A DNA stretch of 64,000 nt from Kiloniellaceae bacterium (lineage in GTDB: Bacteria > Pseudomonadota > Alphaproteobacteria > Kiloniellales > J153): NCBI GenBank assembly GCA_021776055.1, contig JAJFGP010000116.1, positions 13,547-77,546 of the forward strand, given 5' to 3'. The position numbers were made by a program, and so were the translations under genes. Below the pieces are notes generated by a model. It saw only the letters and a program-made list of their open reading frames with translations. It did not search any database and was not told the origin of the DNA. This document shows positions 9,225 through 17,769 of this stretch, piece after piece (positions within the stretch are counted from its first letter, which is position 1; every line of letters begins with the position of its first letter).

Positions 9225-10259
9225 ATGGCGATGCGCGCGCTGGCGCCCGCGGTGCTTTTGGCGATGCTGACCGTCGCCGGAGTGGCATTCGCTGCCAGCG
9301 ATTCGGAGGAACTCCCGCCATTCGTGGCCGCCTTCGAGGTTCCCGTTCGCTGCGATACGCGCACAGCCTGTTTCATCCAGAACTACATGGACGCGCAACC
9401 CGGCCTAGGCGCGCGCGATCTGACATGCGGCCCGTTGACCTATGATGGCCATGACGGCCTGGATATCCGCATACCCGGCCCAAAGGCGATGGAAACCGGT
9501 GTTGCCGTAATTGCGGCGGCGCCAGGGGTTGTACGGGCCGTGCGCGACGGGATGCCGGATATCTCCATCAACAAGACCGGCGCGCACATCGTGGCCGGGC
9601 GCGAGGCCGGCAACGCCGTGGTCGTCACGCACAGGGACGGTTGGGAAACCCAGTATAGCCACCTGCGGTTGGGCAGCATTGTAGTGCGCCCGGGCGATAC
9701 GGTGGAGACCGGCGCGCCGCTGGGCATGGTCGGCTTGTCCGGCAATACCGAGTTTCCACACGTGCATTTCTCGATCCGCCGCGACGGCATTACCCTCGAT
9801 CCGTTCACCGGATTACCGCCGGCGAGCGGCTGCGGTGTTCCGGGCAAAAGCTTATGGAGCGCGGCGGCAGAGCGCGCGTTGCCGTATCGGGCCGGCGGCC
9901 TACTGGTAGCCGGCTTCACGGCCGCAATTCTCGATCTGGAGACGGCGCTGTCCGGATCTGCGACCTCCACCACCTTGTCGGTCACCGACCCAGCGCTGGT
10001 CTTCTGGGTTGCGTCGTGGGGTCTGCGGCAGGGAGATACGGAAACCATCCGCGTTCTACGCCCGGACGGCACCGTCTTGACCGAGAACAAAACAAGCGTT
10101 CCGAGCAACAAGGCGCAATGGCTACGCTATGCCGGACGCAAGTTGCGCGAGGCGGCCTGGCCGGCGGGCCGTTACCGTGGTGAATACCGGGTTGCCCGCC
10201 AAGTCGACGGCAAGGACGTGGTCGTTGTCGAGACGACCCTGGAGATCGAGGTACGCTAA
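9225..10259 (+). CDS. M23 family metallopeptidase, secreted
   Basis: Signal peptide MAMRALAPAVLLAMLTVAGVAFA. HDGLDIR and GNTEFPHVHFSIR (HxxxD / HxH zinc motifs). Confidence 0.8.
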   Translation: MAMRALAPAVLLAMLTVAGVAFAASDSEELPPFVAAFEVPVRCDTRTACFIQNYMDAQPGLGARDLTCGPLTYDGHDGLDIRIPGPKAMETGVAVIAAAPGVVRAVRDGMPDISINKTGAHIVAGREAGNAVVVTHRDGWETQYSHLRLGSIVVRPGDTVETGAPLGMVGLSGNTEFPHVHFSIRRDGITLDPFTGLPPASGCGVPGKSLWSAAAERALPYRAGGLLVAGFTAAILDLETALSGSATSTTLSVTDPALVFWVASWGLRQGDTETIRVLRPDGTVLTENKTSVPSNKAQWLRYAGRKLREAAWPAGRYRGEYRVARQVDGKDVVVVETTLEIEVR

Positions 10260-10269
10260 GCCAGGGGCC

Positions 10270-11097
10270 ATGGTCAAACCGCATGGACAGAAACCGGACA
10301 AGCGTCTAGCCGAGGCTGTTGCCCGGCACCAAGCCGGCGATCTGGCTCAGGCCGCCACTCTCTACGGGCAAGTTCTGGCAGCGCAGCCCGACAACGCCGA
10401 CGCCATGCATCTCCTGGGTCTGCTTGAGCATCAGCAAGGGCAAAGTGCCACCGGTATTGAGTTGATCGAACAGGCCTTGAGCCGGCGCCCGGATTCGGCC
10501 CTGTTTCTCGGCAACCTGGCCAACATTCTGCAGGCCATTGGTCAGCCCCGGCAAGCCGTGGGACGATATCGGCAGTTGCTCAAGGCCGCCCCGGAAACAG
10601 CCGCGACACATCGCGATCTGGGCAAGGCGTTAGCTGATTCAGGCGACTCGCAAGGGGCCCTGCGCCATCTGGATCGCGCCCTAGCATTATCGCCGGAGGA
10701 CGCCCGCGCCCATAGCCATCGCGCCGATTTACTAGCCCAGGAAGGCCGCATGGATGAGGCGGCACGGCACTATGAAACCGCGCTGCGCCTCGACCCGCAG
10801 TCGGCCCCGGCACACTGCGGCCTGGGCAACGTGTTGCGCGAGCAAGGCCATCTGGAGCAAGCCTTGGCGCACTGCCAGCGTGGCCTGGATCTACAGCCAC
10901 GCTATGCCATCGGTTATACGGATTTGGGGCGATGCCTACAGGAATTACGCCGTTTCGATGACGCGCTCGCCGCCTATCGCCAGGCATTGGCTATCGACCG
11001 CCGGCTCTATTCCGTGGTGGCCAAGAAATTGGCCAAGGCCAGCACCGGACGCCTCTGGCTGCAACCCTCACGGTTGCGCAAGATCCTGATGGACTAG
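10270..11097 (+). CDS. tetratricopeptide repeat protein
   Basis: Repeated 34-aa A/L/Y-rich units (AxxxYxxALxxxP) along the whole length. Start at ATG 10270, after the M23 stop. Confidence 0.7.
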   Translation: MVKPHGQKPDKRLAEAVARHQAGDLAQAATLYGQVLAAQPDNADAMHLLGLLEHQQGQSATGIELIEQALSRRPDSALFLGNLANILQAIGQPRQAVGRYRQLLKAAPETAATHRDLGKALADSGDSQGALRHLDRALALSPEDARAHSHRADLLAQEGRMDEAARHYETALRLDPQSAPAHCGLGNVLREQGHLEQALAHCQRGLDLQPRYAIGYTDLGRCLQELRRFDDALAAYRQALAIDRRLYSVVAKKLAKASTGRLWLQPSRLRKILMD

Positions 11098-11101
11098 CCG
11101 C

Positions 11102-11806
11102 CTATTCGCCTCGGAAACGAAAGCGGCGTCGGTAGGCGCCTTCCGGAGTCACGACCTCCTGTTGTGTCATCGCCAGCCGGGCTTGCGCCCCTGCATCCAA
11201 GTCCTCGAAACTCATGCCCAAGTCAGCCCGGCGCACCGGAACACACTGGGCGACCGGCGTCCCTTTGGGCAGCGTGCCGGAAAACCCGTCCTCCACCCAC
11301 AACGCCGGGAAATGTATGTAGTTGTCGACGTAGCGATCGGAATCCACCAGGCCCGTCAGCGTGCGGAACGGCAGGTCCGGCCGGTTGATCGGATGGGTCA
11401 TTAGCAAGGAGACCCCCGGCTCGGTCTCGATAATCCACGGATTCATGAACTTGATTGCCAGCACATCCTCGGCAAATAGCGGCGTCCCGATCAACTGCGC
11501 CCCCACATGGAAACTCAGCGGCGAGCGCGCCGTATGCCGAGGCAGCGACGGTGGCAAATCCTGCCAATCCCAGTCGAAGCAGCCATCCGCATAGTGCACA
11601 TCGCACGGCAAGGGCATGAGAAAGCCGTGCGACATGGCATCCAGAAAAGGCGGGCAACGCTTGACCGTTGGCACCTCGGTATCGAATTCCGCCTCCCGCG
11701 CGCTCATGGGCATACGCCGCAGCCAATCGGGCAGCCCCCGCTTTGCCAGCACCGGTTTCGGTAAGATGGCCGATAGCTCCGGCAAACAGCGAAAAACGAT
11801 CTGCAT
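11102..11806 (-). CDS. conserved hypothetical protein (DUF6065-like)
   Basis: 234-aa ORF from ATG 11806 (MQIVFRCLPEL...). Family guess is from memory of PTVKRCPPFLDAMSHGF-type sequences. No catalytic motif recognised. Confidence 0.5.
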   Translation of the reverse strand: MQIVFRCLPELSAILPKPVLAKRGLPDWLRRMPMSAREAEFDTEVPTVKRCPPFLDAMSHGFLMPLPCDVHYADGCFDWDWQDLPPSLPRHTARSPLSFHVGAQLIGTPLFAEDVLAIKFMNPWIIETEPGVSLLMTHPINRPDLPFRTLTGLVDSDRYVDNYIHFPALWVEDGFSGTLPKGTPVAQCVPVRRADLGMSFEDLDAGAQARLAMTQQEVVTPEGAYRRRFRFRGE

Positions 11807-11910
11807 GGGCAGGCTCCGAGGCGGACGGTTACGCGGGTCAGACTTTACCGGTAGGCCGCATTGGAAACCAGCGCCGGGCCACGTAATGTGTCTATATGAA
11901 AGGAGCCGAG

Positions 11911-12372
11911 ATGCCTGCAAATTCGACTGTTCGCGCCGTCGCGCGCCATGACTTCGACCAGTGGCTGCCGCTTTGGGAGGGCTACAACCGCTTTTATGGC
12001 CGCTCCGGCGCGACTGCTCTTCCCGACGACATTACGCAAATGACCTGGGCGCGCTTCTTCGATGCCGCTGAGCCGGTGCATGGCTTGGTGGCCGAGATGG
12101 AGGGGCGGTTGTGCGGCCTGGCCCATTATCTTTTTCACCGCAATACGATAACGATTGAACCGAGCTGCTATATGCAGGATTTATTTACCGCCGAGGCGGC
12201 GCGGGGAAAGGGCATAGGCCGTGCATTGATTGGCGAGGTCTACCAAAGAGCGAAGATGGCCGGCTCATCTCGCGTTTACTGGCACACTCACGAGACAAAC
12301 CTGACAGCGATGAAGCTCTATGACGTGGTGGCTGAGCGTTCTGGCTTCATCGTCTACAGCAAGCAGGTATGA
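11911..12372 (+). CDS. GNAT family N-acetyltransferase
   Basis: Acetyl-CoA motif RGKGIGRALI. ATG 11911 has an AGGAG 5 nt upstream; the alternative start is 11896. Confidence 0.8.
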   Translation: MPANSTVRAVARHDFDQWLPLWEGYNRFYGRSGATALPDDITQMTWARFFDAAEPVHGLVAEMEGRLCGLAHYLFHRNTITIEPSCYMQDLFTAEAARGKGIGRALIGEVYQRAKMAGSSRVYWHTHETNLTAMKLYDVVAERSGFIVYSKQV

Positions 12373-12442
12373 GCAGTTTTTCCGCTGCCCGATTTCCGTG
12401 CTACACAGCCTCGAATCAATATGGTGAGTCAGGAGAGAGCTG

Positions 12443-13324
12443 GTGAGCGGCGACGAGTTGAAGTCGGCGGCTGAAGTCTTCGCGCAGGAGCTGCGCGGCA
12501 AGATCGAGCGCGAGCAAGGCGGGGTCGCGACGTTCTTCAACAATTTCCTGCTACGCACCATTCGCGAGCTAAACCAACTCGATCCGACCTTGGTTTGGAA
12601 GGAAAGCGCGCGGCGTATCGGCGGCGCCGAGGGCGATCATTTGCGCCGGCGCCTAACGGTTCTACGCGGCCATCTGGCGGCCCGCGCCCGTGGCCGCTTC
12701 GTCGCCTATCACGAGCGCCTGCCAGTCATTCCCGAGGCAGCCCCCTGGGGCAGCGACATTGACCAAGCGGCGCTGGCCATGAGCCAGGGCACTACGGACT
12801 GCTTGCAGTGGCGGGGCATGCCGTTGTTCAAAACCGCTTTCGATATGAGCATCTATCCCATGCTGATTTGGGAGCAGAAGCCGCGAACGGTCATCGAAAT
12901 CGGCTCCGGCTCCGGCGCAAGCGCCCTGTGGCTCGCCGATTTGCTCGCCATGTCAGGCATCGACGGCGACGTCTATTCCCTGGATATACAGCCGCCGGAT
13001 GTCGAGCACCCGCGCGTCACCTTCCTCGCCGGCGACTGCCGACACATCGAGATGGCCTTTCCGGCAAAGTCGATAACCAACTGGCCGCACCCTTGGTTGG
13101 TTATCGAGGACGCGCATGTCAACGTTGGCGGGGTTCTCGATTACTTCCACACCCGGCTGCAGCCGAATGACTATTTGATCGTCGAGGACAGCCTACAGAA
13201 GCGAAAAAAAATCAGCGGGTTCGTGGGCAAACATGACGGATTATATGAAGTCGATACCCGGTATACGGACTTCTTCGGCCGCAACGCCACCTGCGCCTTC
13301 GATTCGATCTTTGTCCGCCGTTAG
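12443..13324 (+). CDS. CmcI / cephalosporin-hydroxylase-family SAM-dependent methyltransferase
   Basis: WRGMPLFKTAFDMSIYPMLIWEQKPRTVIEIGSGSGASALWLA matches the CmcI-type fold. GTG start with AGGAG 7 nt upstream. About 110-aa N-terminal extension. Confidence 0.65.
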   Translation: MSGDELKSAAEVFAQELRGKIEREQGGVATFFNNFLLRTIRELNQLDPTLVWKESARRIGGAEGDHLRRRLTVLRGHLAARARGRFVAYHERLPVIPEAAPWGSDIDQAALAMSQGTTDCLQWRGMPLFKTAFDMSIYPMLIWEQKPRTVIEIGSGSGASALWLADLLAMSGIDGDVYSLDIQPPDVEHPRVTFLAGDCRHIEMAFPAKSITNWPHPWLVIEDAHVNVGGVLDYFHTRLQPNDYLIVEDSLQKRKKISGFVGKHDGLYEVDTRYTDFFGRNATCAFDSIFVRR

Positions 13325-14847
13325 CCGTCCACGACCGCCTGGCGTACGTCGAGGGCCTCGGCCAGCGCATTGAAACGGCGCTGCACGGCCTCACCGCCCG
13401 GCGCCGAGCCATCGCTGGGCAAGATCAGGCGCAACGTGCTTGCGGCGCCGTCATATTCCAACGCGCTGCGCTTGAGCACCGTTTCCGTTGCTCCGGAGAC
13501 GCGATAGGCCAAGCGCAGCGCCAAACCCAGGATGCGGGCACGATGGGCCGCGTCAGGCTCGAGCAGGCCCAGGTATGGCGCGACCTCATGCCCCCCGGCC
13601 GCACCACCGTACCGGGAGTGCACCGTGACCGCGAGAAAGACGCGCTCGTCATGGCCGACGCCACTCAGAGGATAGTGCAGGATCCGCATGAGAGCCTGTC
13701 CAGCGCGGTAGTCGGGGTGTTCACGCCAGGCGACATCAGAGAACAGACACGCCGCCAACCGCAAGCGCCGCTCGGCTGCGCTTTCGCCAACAAATAGGCA
13801 GCCGGTCCAAGCCAGCAGGTCGCCACCAATCATATCAAAGCGCGCGGCGCGCGCGGCAATATCGGCGGCGACCGCCAGCAGCGGGTCTTGCGCACGCTCC
13901 GCCGGACCGAGCAGGTCGAAAAGATGGCCTTCGCGCAGACCGTGGGCAGAGAAAACGACTTTTCTGCAACCCAGGGCACGCAGAACCCGGCTCAACACCA
14001 ATGCCGCCACCGGCAAGGTTTCCAGCCGAGACCGCGTGATTCCCTCTATTTTTGCGAGGGAGCGGCGGCCCAGCCGGCTGATAACGTGGCTTAGGTCATT
14101 CACTTGCCCCCGGCGCATGGGATAGCCGTGAACGACGTGCAGAGGATATCCGCTTTGCTGCATATGGATGCGGGCCAGCGAACGCCAGGCCCCACCGACC
14201 GGGTAGAAGGTATCCGCTTTTGCCGTCGGCGCCCCCTCGCCGCCCCAGCCGGACGCGGCAAGCTGTGCATCGATCTCCGCCCGCATCGCGGACAGATCAC
14301 CGGCAAAGCGTTCCATCAACGCGAAAGGACCGAGCCGCAAGGTAGTTGATCGCCCGGCATCGCCGTCCGCCAATTCGACCAGTTCCAGGCTACCACCTCC
14401 CAAATCGCCCATCACCCCGTGCGCCGCCGGAAAACCGGAAAGGACGCCCAGGGCCGACAGCCGCGCCTCCTCGACTCCGTCAAGTACGCGCACCGGCTGG
14501 CCGCACAGATCCTCGATCTCAGCGACGAAGGCGGACCCATCGGTGGCTTCACGCACCGCCGCGGTGGCGAGCAGATCGATCCGTCGCGCACCCATAGCTT
14601 TAGCCAAGCGGGCAAAGCGCACCAGGTTCTGGCGCGCCATGTCGACCCCATTCGGATGCAAGCGGCCACTACCGGCTAAGCCGCGGCCAAGGCCGCACAG
14701 CACCTTTTCATTGAACAGGGTCGATGCGCCCCGCTCCAACCCACTAAAGATGACCAATCGGATTGAATTGGAGCCAACGTCGATAACCGCCACCGGCCCG
14801 GCATGAGCGGGATCGGCGCCAATCGCCGGTACATGCACGATTGCCAT
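13321..14847 (-). CDS. ppx: exopolyphosphatase (Ppx/GppA family)
   Basis: AVIDVGSNSIRLVIF and DLGGGSLE actin-like ATPase motifs, plus a C-terminal HD-like region. Starts 6 nt after the ppk1 stop. Confidence 0.85.
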   Translation of the reverse strand: MAIVHVPAIGADPAHAGPVAVIDVGSNSIRLVIFSGLERGASTLFNEKVLCGLGRGLAGSGRLHPNGVDMARQNLVRFARLAKAMGARRIDLLATAAVREATDGSAFVAEIEDLCGQPVRVLDGVEEARLSALGVLSGFPAAHGVMGDLGGGSLELVELADGDAGRSTTLRLGPFALMERFAGDLSAMRAEIDAQLAASGWGGEGAPTAKADTFYPVGGAWRSLARIHMQQSGYPLHVVHGYPMRRGQVNDLSHVISRLGRRSLAKIEGITRSRLETLPVAALVLSRVLRALGCRKVVFSAHGLREGHLFDLLGPAERAQDPLLAVAADIAARAARFDMIGGDLLAWTGCLFVGESAAERRLRLAACLFSDVAWREHPDYRAGQALMRILHYPLSGVGHDERVFLAVTVHSRYGGAAGGHEVAPYLGLLEPDAAHRARILGLALRLAYRVSGATETVLKRSALEYDGAASTLRLILPSDGSAPGGEAVQRRFNALAEALDVRQAVVDG

Positions 14848-14853
14848 CGTGCT

Positions 14854-17052
14854 TCAGGCCTTTTTCAACACCAATCGGGGGGCTCTCTTGGCCTTCTCCA
14901 GGGCGCTACCGCGACCGGATAGGCTTGGATTCGTCATGAAGTAGGTATGCGCACTGAACGCCTCGTCGCCGGCCGCCACGCGCCGGTACTCGCCGTCGCC
15001 GCCCAGAACCCAGCTCTGCGCCTCGTCGTTGAGATTAGCGATCATGATCTGCTCAAGAATCTGCTGACGTACGGTGGGATTCTCGATCGGCACGAGCGCC
15101 TCCACCCGGCGATCCAGATTGCGCGTCATCCAGTCCGCCGAAGAGATGTAGATCTTGGCCTCGGCCGACGGCAGCCCATGGCCGGCGCCAAAGCAAACGA
15201 TCCGGCCATGTTCCAGAAAACGGCCGACGATGCTCTTCACCCGAATATTGTCGGAAAGCCCGCGCATGCCGGGACGCAGACAACAAATGCCGCGAACCAC
15301 CAGGTCGATCGCCACACCAGCGCACGACGCCCGATAGAGCGCATCGATGATCTCGGCATCCACCAGCGAATTCAACTTGGCCCAGATCGCCGCCGGGCGG
15401 CCAGCCTCGGCATGGCCGATTTCCGCGTCGATCAAGCCCAGCAAGGTCGACCGCAGGGTCAACGGCGCAAAGGCGATTTTCTCCATGGGCTTCGGCTTGG
15501 CGTAGCCCGTCATGTAGTTGAACAAGCGGGCCGCATCTCGGCAATACGCCGGTTCGCAGGTAAAGAAGGACAGGTCCGTGTACACGCGCGCGGTGATCGG
15601 ATGGTAGTTGCCGGTGCCATAGTGCACGTACGAGCGCAAGGTCTTGCCCTCCCGGCGTACTACGAGCGAGATCTTCGCATGCGTCTTCAGCTTCAGGAAT
15701 CCATAGACCACATGCACCCCAGCGCGTTCCATATCGCGTGCCCAGCGGATATTCTGCGCTTCGTCGAAACGCGCCTTCAACTCAACCAGGGCGGTCACCG
15801 ACTTGCCCGCCTCGGCGGCCTCGATCAACGCTTTAACGACCGGTGAGTTGTCCGACGTGCGGTAGAGCGTTTGTTTAATTGCCACGACCGCCGGATCGGC
15901 GGAGGCCTGGCGAATGAACTGGGCGACCACATCGAAGCTTTCAAACGGGTGGTGGACGATGATGTCCTTGGCCCGGACAGCGGCAAAACAGTCACCGCCA
16001 AAGTCGCGAACACGCTCTGGAAACCGCGCGTTGTAGGGAGAAAAGAGAAGATCCGGCCGTTCATCGACGATGAGCTGTGCCGTATCGGATAGGCCTAGGA
16101 ACCCATCTAGAACGAAGACATCATCCGGCGCCACGCCCAGTTCGCCCTCCACGAACGCCCGCAGAGGTGCTGGCATGTCGGCATCGACGGTCAGGCGGAT
16201 GACGCTGCCCCGGCGACGGCGCTTAAGCGCGGTTTCAAACACCCGCACCAGATCCTCGGCCTCTTCCTCGACCTCGATATCGCTATCGCGCAGGACACGG
16301 AAGAAACCAATGCCGGTCACCTCGGCGCCAGGAAACAGGGTATCGAGATGCAGGCGAACAACCTGCTCCAGGCGGATGAAGCGGATCCGCGGCCCCGGCA
16401 AGCGAATGAAGCGCTCGATTTGTGACGGCAGCGGAATCAGGCCATTAAAATGCTCGCGCTGCTCCGGGCTGTAAAGCTCCAGCACCATGGAGAAGCCGCT
16501 GCTGGGAATGAAGGGGAACGGATGCGCCAGCGATATGGCGATGGGCGTCAGGACGGGAAAGATTTGGTCGGCAAAGTAGCTATCCAGCCAATTCCGCTCG
16601 TCATCCGTCAAATCATCGCGCTCCAGCACGCCGACACCAGCCGCCCCTAGTTCCTTCCTCAGTAGGCGCCACACCCGCTGCTGCTGATCCAGAACCTGGG
16701 CGCCGGCCTCGTTGATGGCGGCTAACTGCTGTTCCGGTGTCAGACCCTCGGGCGTCAGGGACTTCACACCCGCGGCCACCTGGCCCTTCAGACCGGCCAC
16801 GCGGACCGTGTAAAACTCGTCCAGATTGCTGAACGATATGGAGAGGAAACGCAGCCGCTCGAACAGCGGATGCCTGGTGTTCACCGCTTCTTCGAGGACA
16901 CGTTCGTTGAATTTCAGCCAGGAAAGCTCACGATTGAAAAACCGGTCCGGCGCGTCCAGATCGACTTGAGGAGCCTCCATCTGCGCAGCGGCGCGCCGAC
17001 CGTCGCGCTCGGAGCGCAAAGGCGTCACATTTGCCGGCGTTTTCTCGTCCAT
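14854..17052 (-). CDS. ppk: polyphosphate kinase 1
   Basis: [33 protein letters not shown] and two PLD-like C-terminal domains. Start uncertain: GTG 17082, ATG 17052 or ATG 16980. Confidence 0.9.
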   Translation of the reverse strand: MDEKTPANVTPLRSERDGRRAAAQMEAPQVDLDAPDRFFNRELSWLKFNERVLEEAVNTRHPLFERLRFLSISFSNLDEFYTVRVAGLKGQVAAGVKSLTPEGLTPEQQLAAINEAGAQVLDQQQRVWRLLRKELGAAGVGVLERDDLTDDERNWLDSYFADQIFPVLTPIAISLAHPFPFIPSSGFSMVLELYSPEQREHFNGLIPLPSQIERFIRLPGPRIRFIRLEQVVRLHLDTLFPGAEVTGIGFFRVLRDSDIEVEEEAEDLVRVFETALKRRRRGSVIRLTVDADMPAPLRAFVEGELGVAPDDVFVLDGFLGLSDTAQLIVDERPDLLFSPYNARFPERVRDFGGDCFAAVRAKDIIVHHPFESFDVVAQFIRQASADPAVVAIKQTLYRTSDNSPVVKALIEAAEAGKSVTALVELKARFDEAQNIRWARDMERAGVHVVYGFLKLKTHAKISLVVRREGKTLRSYVHYGTGNYHPITARVYTDLSFFTCEPAYCRDAARLFNYMTGYAKPKPMEKIAFAPLTLRSTLLGLIDAEIGHAEAGRPAAIWAKLNSLVDAEIIDALYRASCAGVAIDLVVRGICCLRPGMRGLSDNIRVKSIVGRFLEHGRIVCFGAGHGLPSAEAKIYISSADWMTRNLDRRVEALVPIENPTVRQQILEQIMIANLNDEAQSWVLGGDGEYRRVAAGDEAFSAHTYFMTNPSLSGRGSALEKAKRAPRLVLKKA

Positions 17053-17225
17053 ACCGTTAATCCCAATCGACCCGTCGCGCACCAGCAGGGGCCATATACC
17101 TGGTTAGATTGGCGCCTTGCATGAAAGTTAACAACCTCATGTTAACGAAATTCTTCACCTCGCCTGCGGCATTCAAGTGTGGTCTGTTAGCTGGCTTGCA
17201 AGACACATTTGGAACCTGCGCCACC

Positions 17226-17744
17226 GTGAAAGTCCTCTATCTGCTTCGACATGCCAAATCGGACTGGAGTGCGGCCGGTCCACCCGACGTCGAGCGGCCT
17301 CTCAGTAAACGTGGGATTCGGGCCGCGCGCACGGTCGGATCAGCCATGCACAATGCTGACATCGCACCCGCGTTGGTCTTGTGTTCGTTTGCCCAACGCG
17401 CCGTGGAGACGTGGTCCTTACTCGCACCCGAGCTGCCGCGGCAAATACCGGTCAAGACCATGCGTAGCTTATACCTCGCATCCCCCAGCAGCATCCTTAC
17501 AATGGCACAACGTCTGCCCAATTCCATAGATTCAACGCTTGTCCTGGCCCACAATCCGGGGCTTCACAACCTCGCTCTTTCGCTCGCCGGACCAGATTCC
17601 GAGCGCCAGGCGGTGGCTTTGCTGCGAGAAAAATACCCGACAGGTGCTCTGGCCGAATTTCGATTTCAGGTGGACGAGTGGTCGGACTTGTGCGCCGGCA
17701 CCGGGCAGCTCCTCCGTTTTCTGCGACCGCGCGATCTCGCATAG
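17226..17744 (+). CDS. SixA-type histidine phosphatase family protein
   Basis: LYLLRHAKSDW (catalytic RHA) and LVLAHNPGL. Family members normally start just before this motif, so GTG 17226 is preferred; ATG 17109 remains possible. Confidence 0.7.
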   Translation: MKVLYLLRHAKSDWSAAGPPDVERPLSKRGIRAARTVGSAMHNADIAPALVLCSFAQRAVETWSLLAPELPRQIPVKTMRSLYLASPSSILTMAQRLPNSIDSTLVLAHNPGLHNLALSLAGPDSERQAVALLREKYPTGALAEFRFQVDEWSDLCAGTGQLLRFLRPRDLA

Positions 17745-17769
17745 GTATTCGCTCCGACAGCACCAGGAC

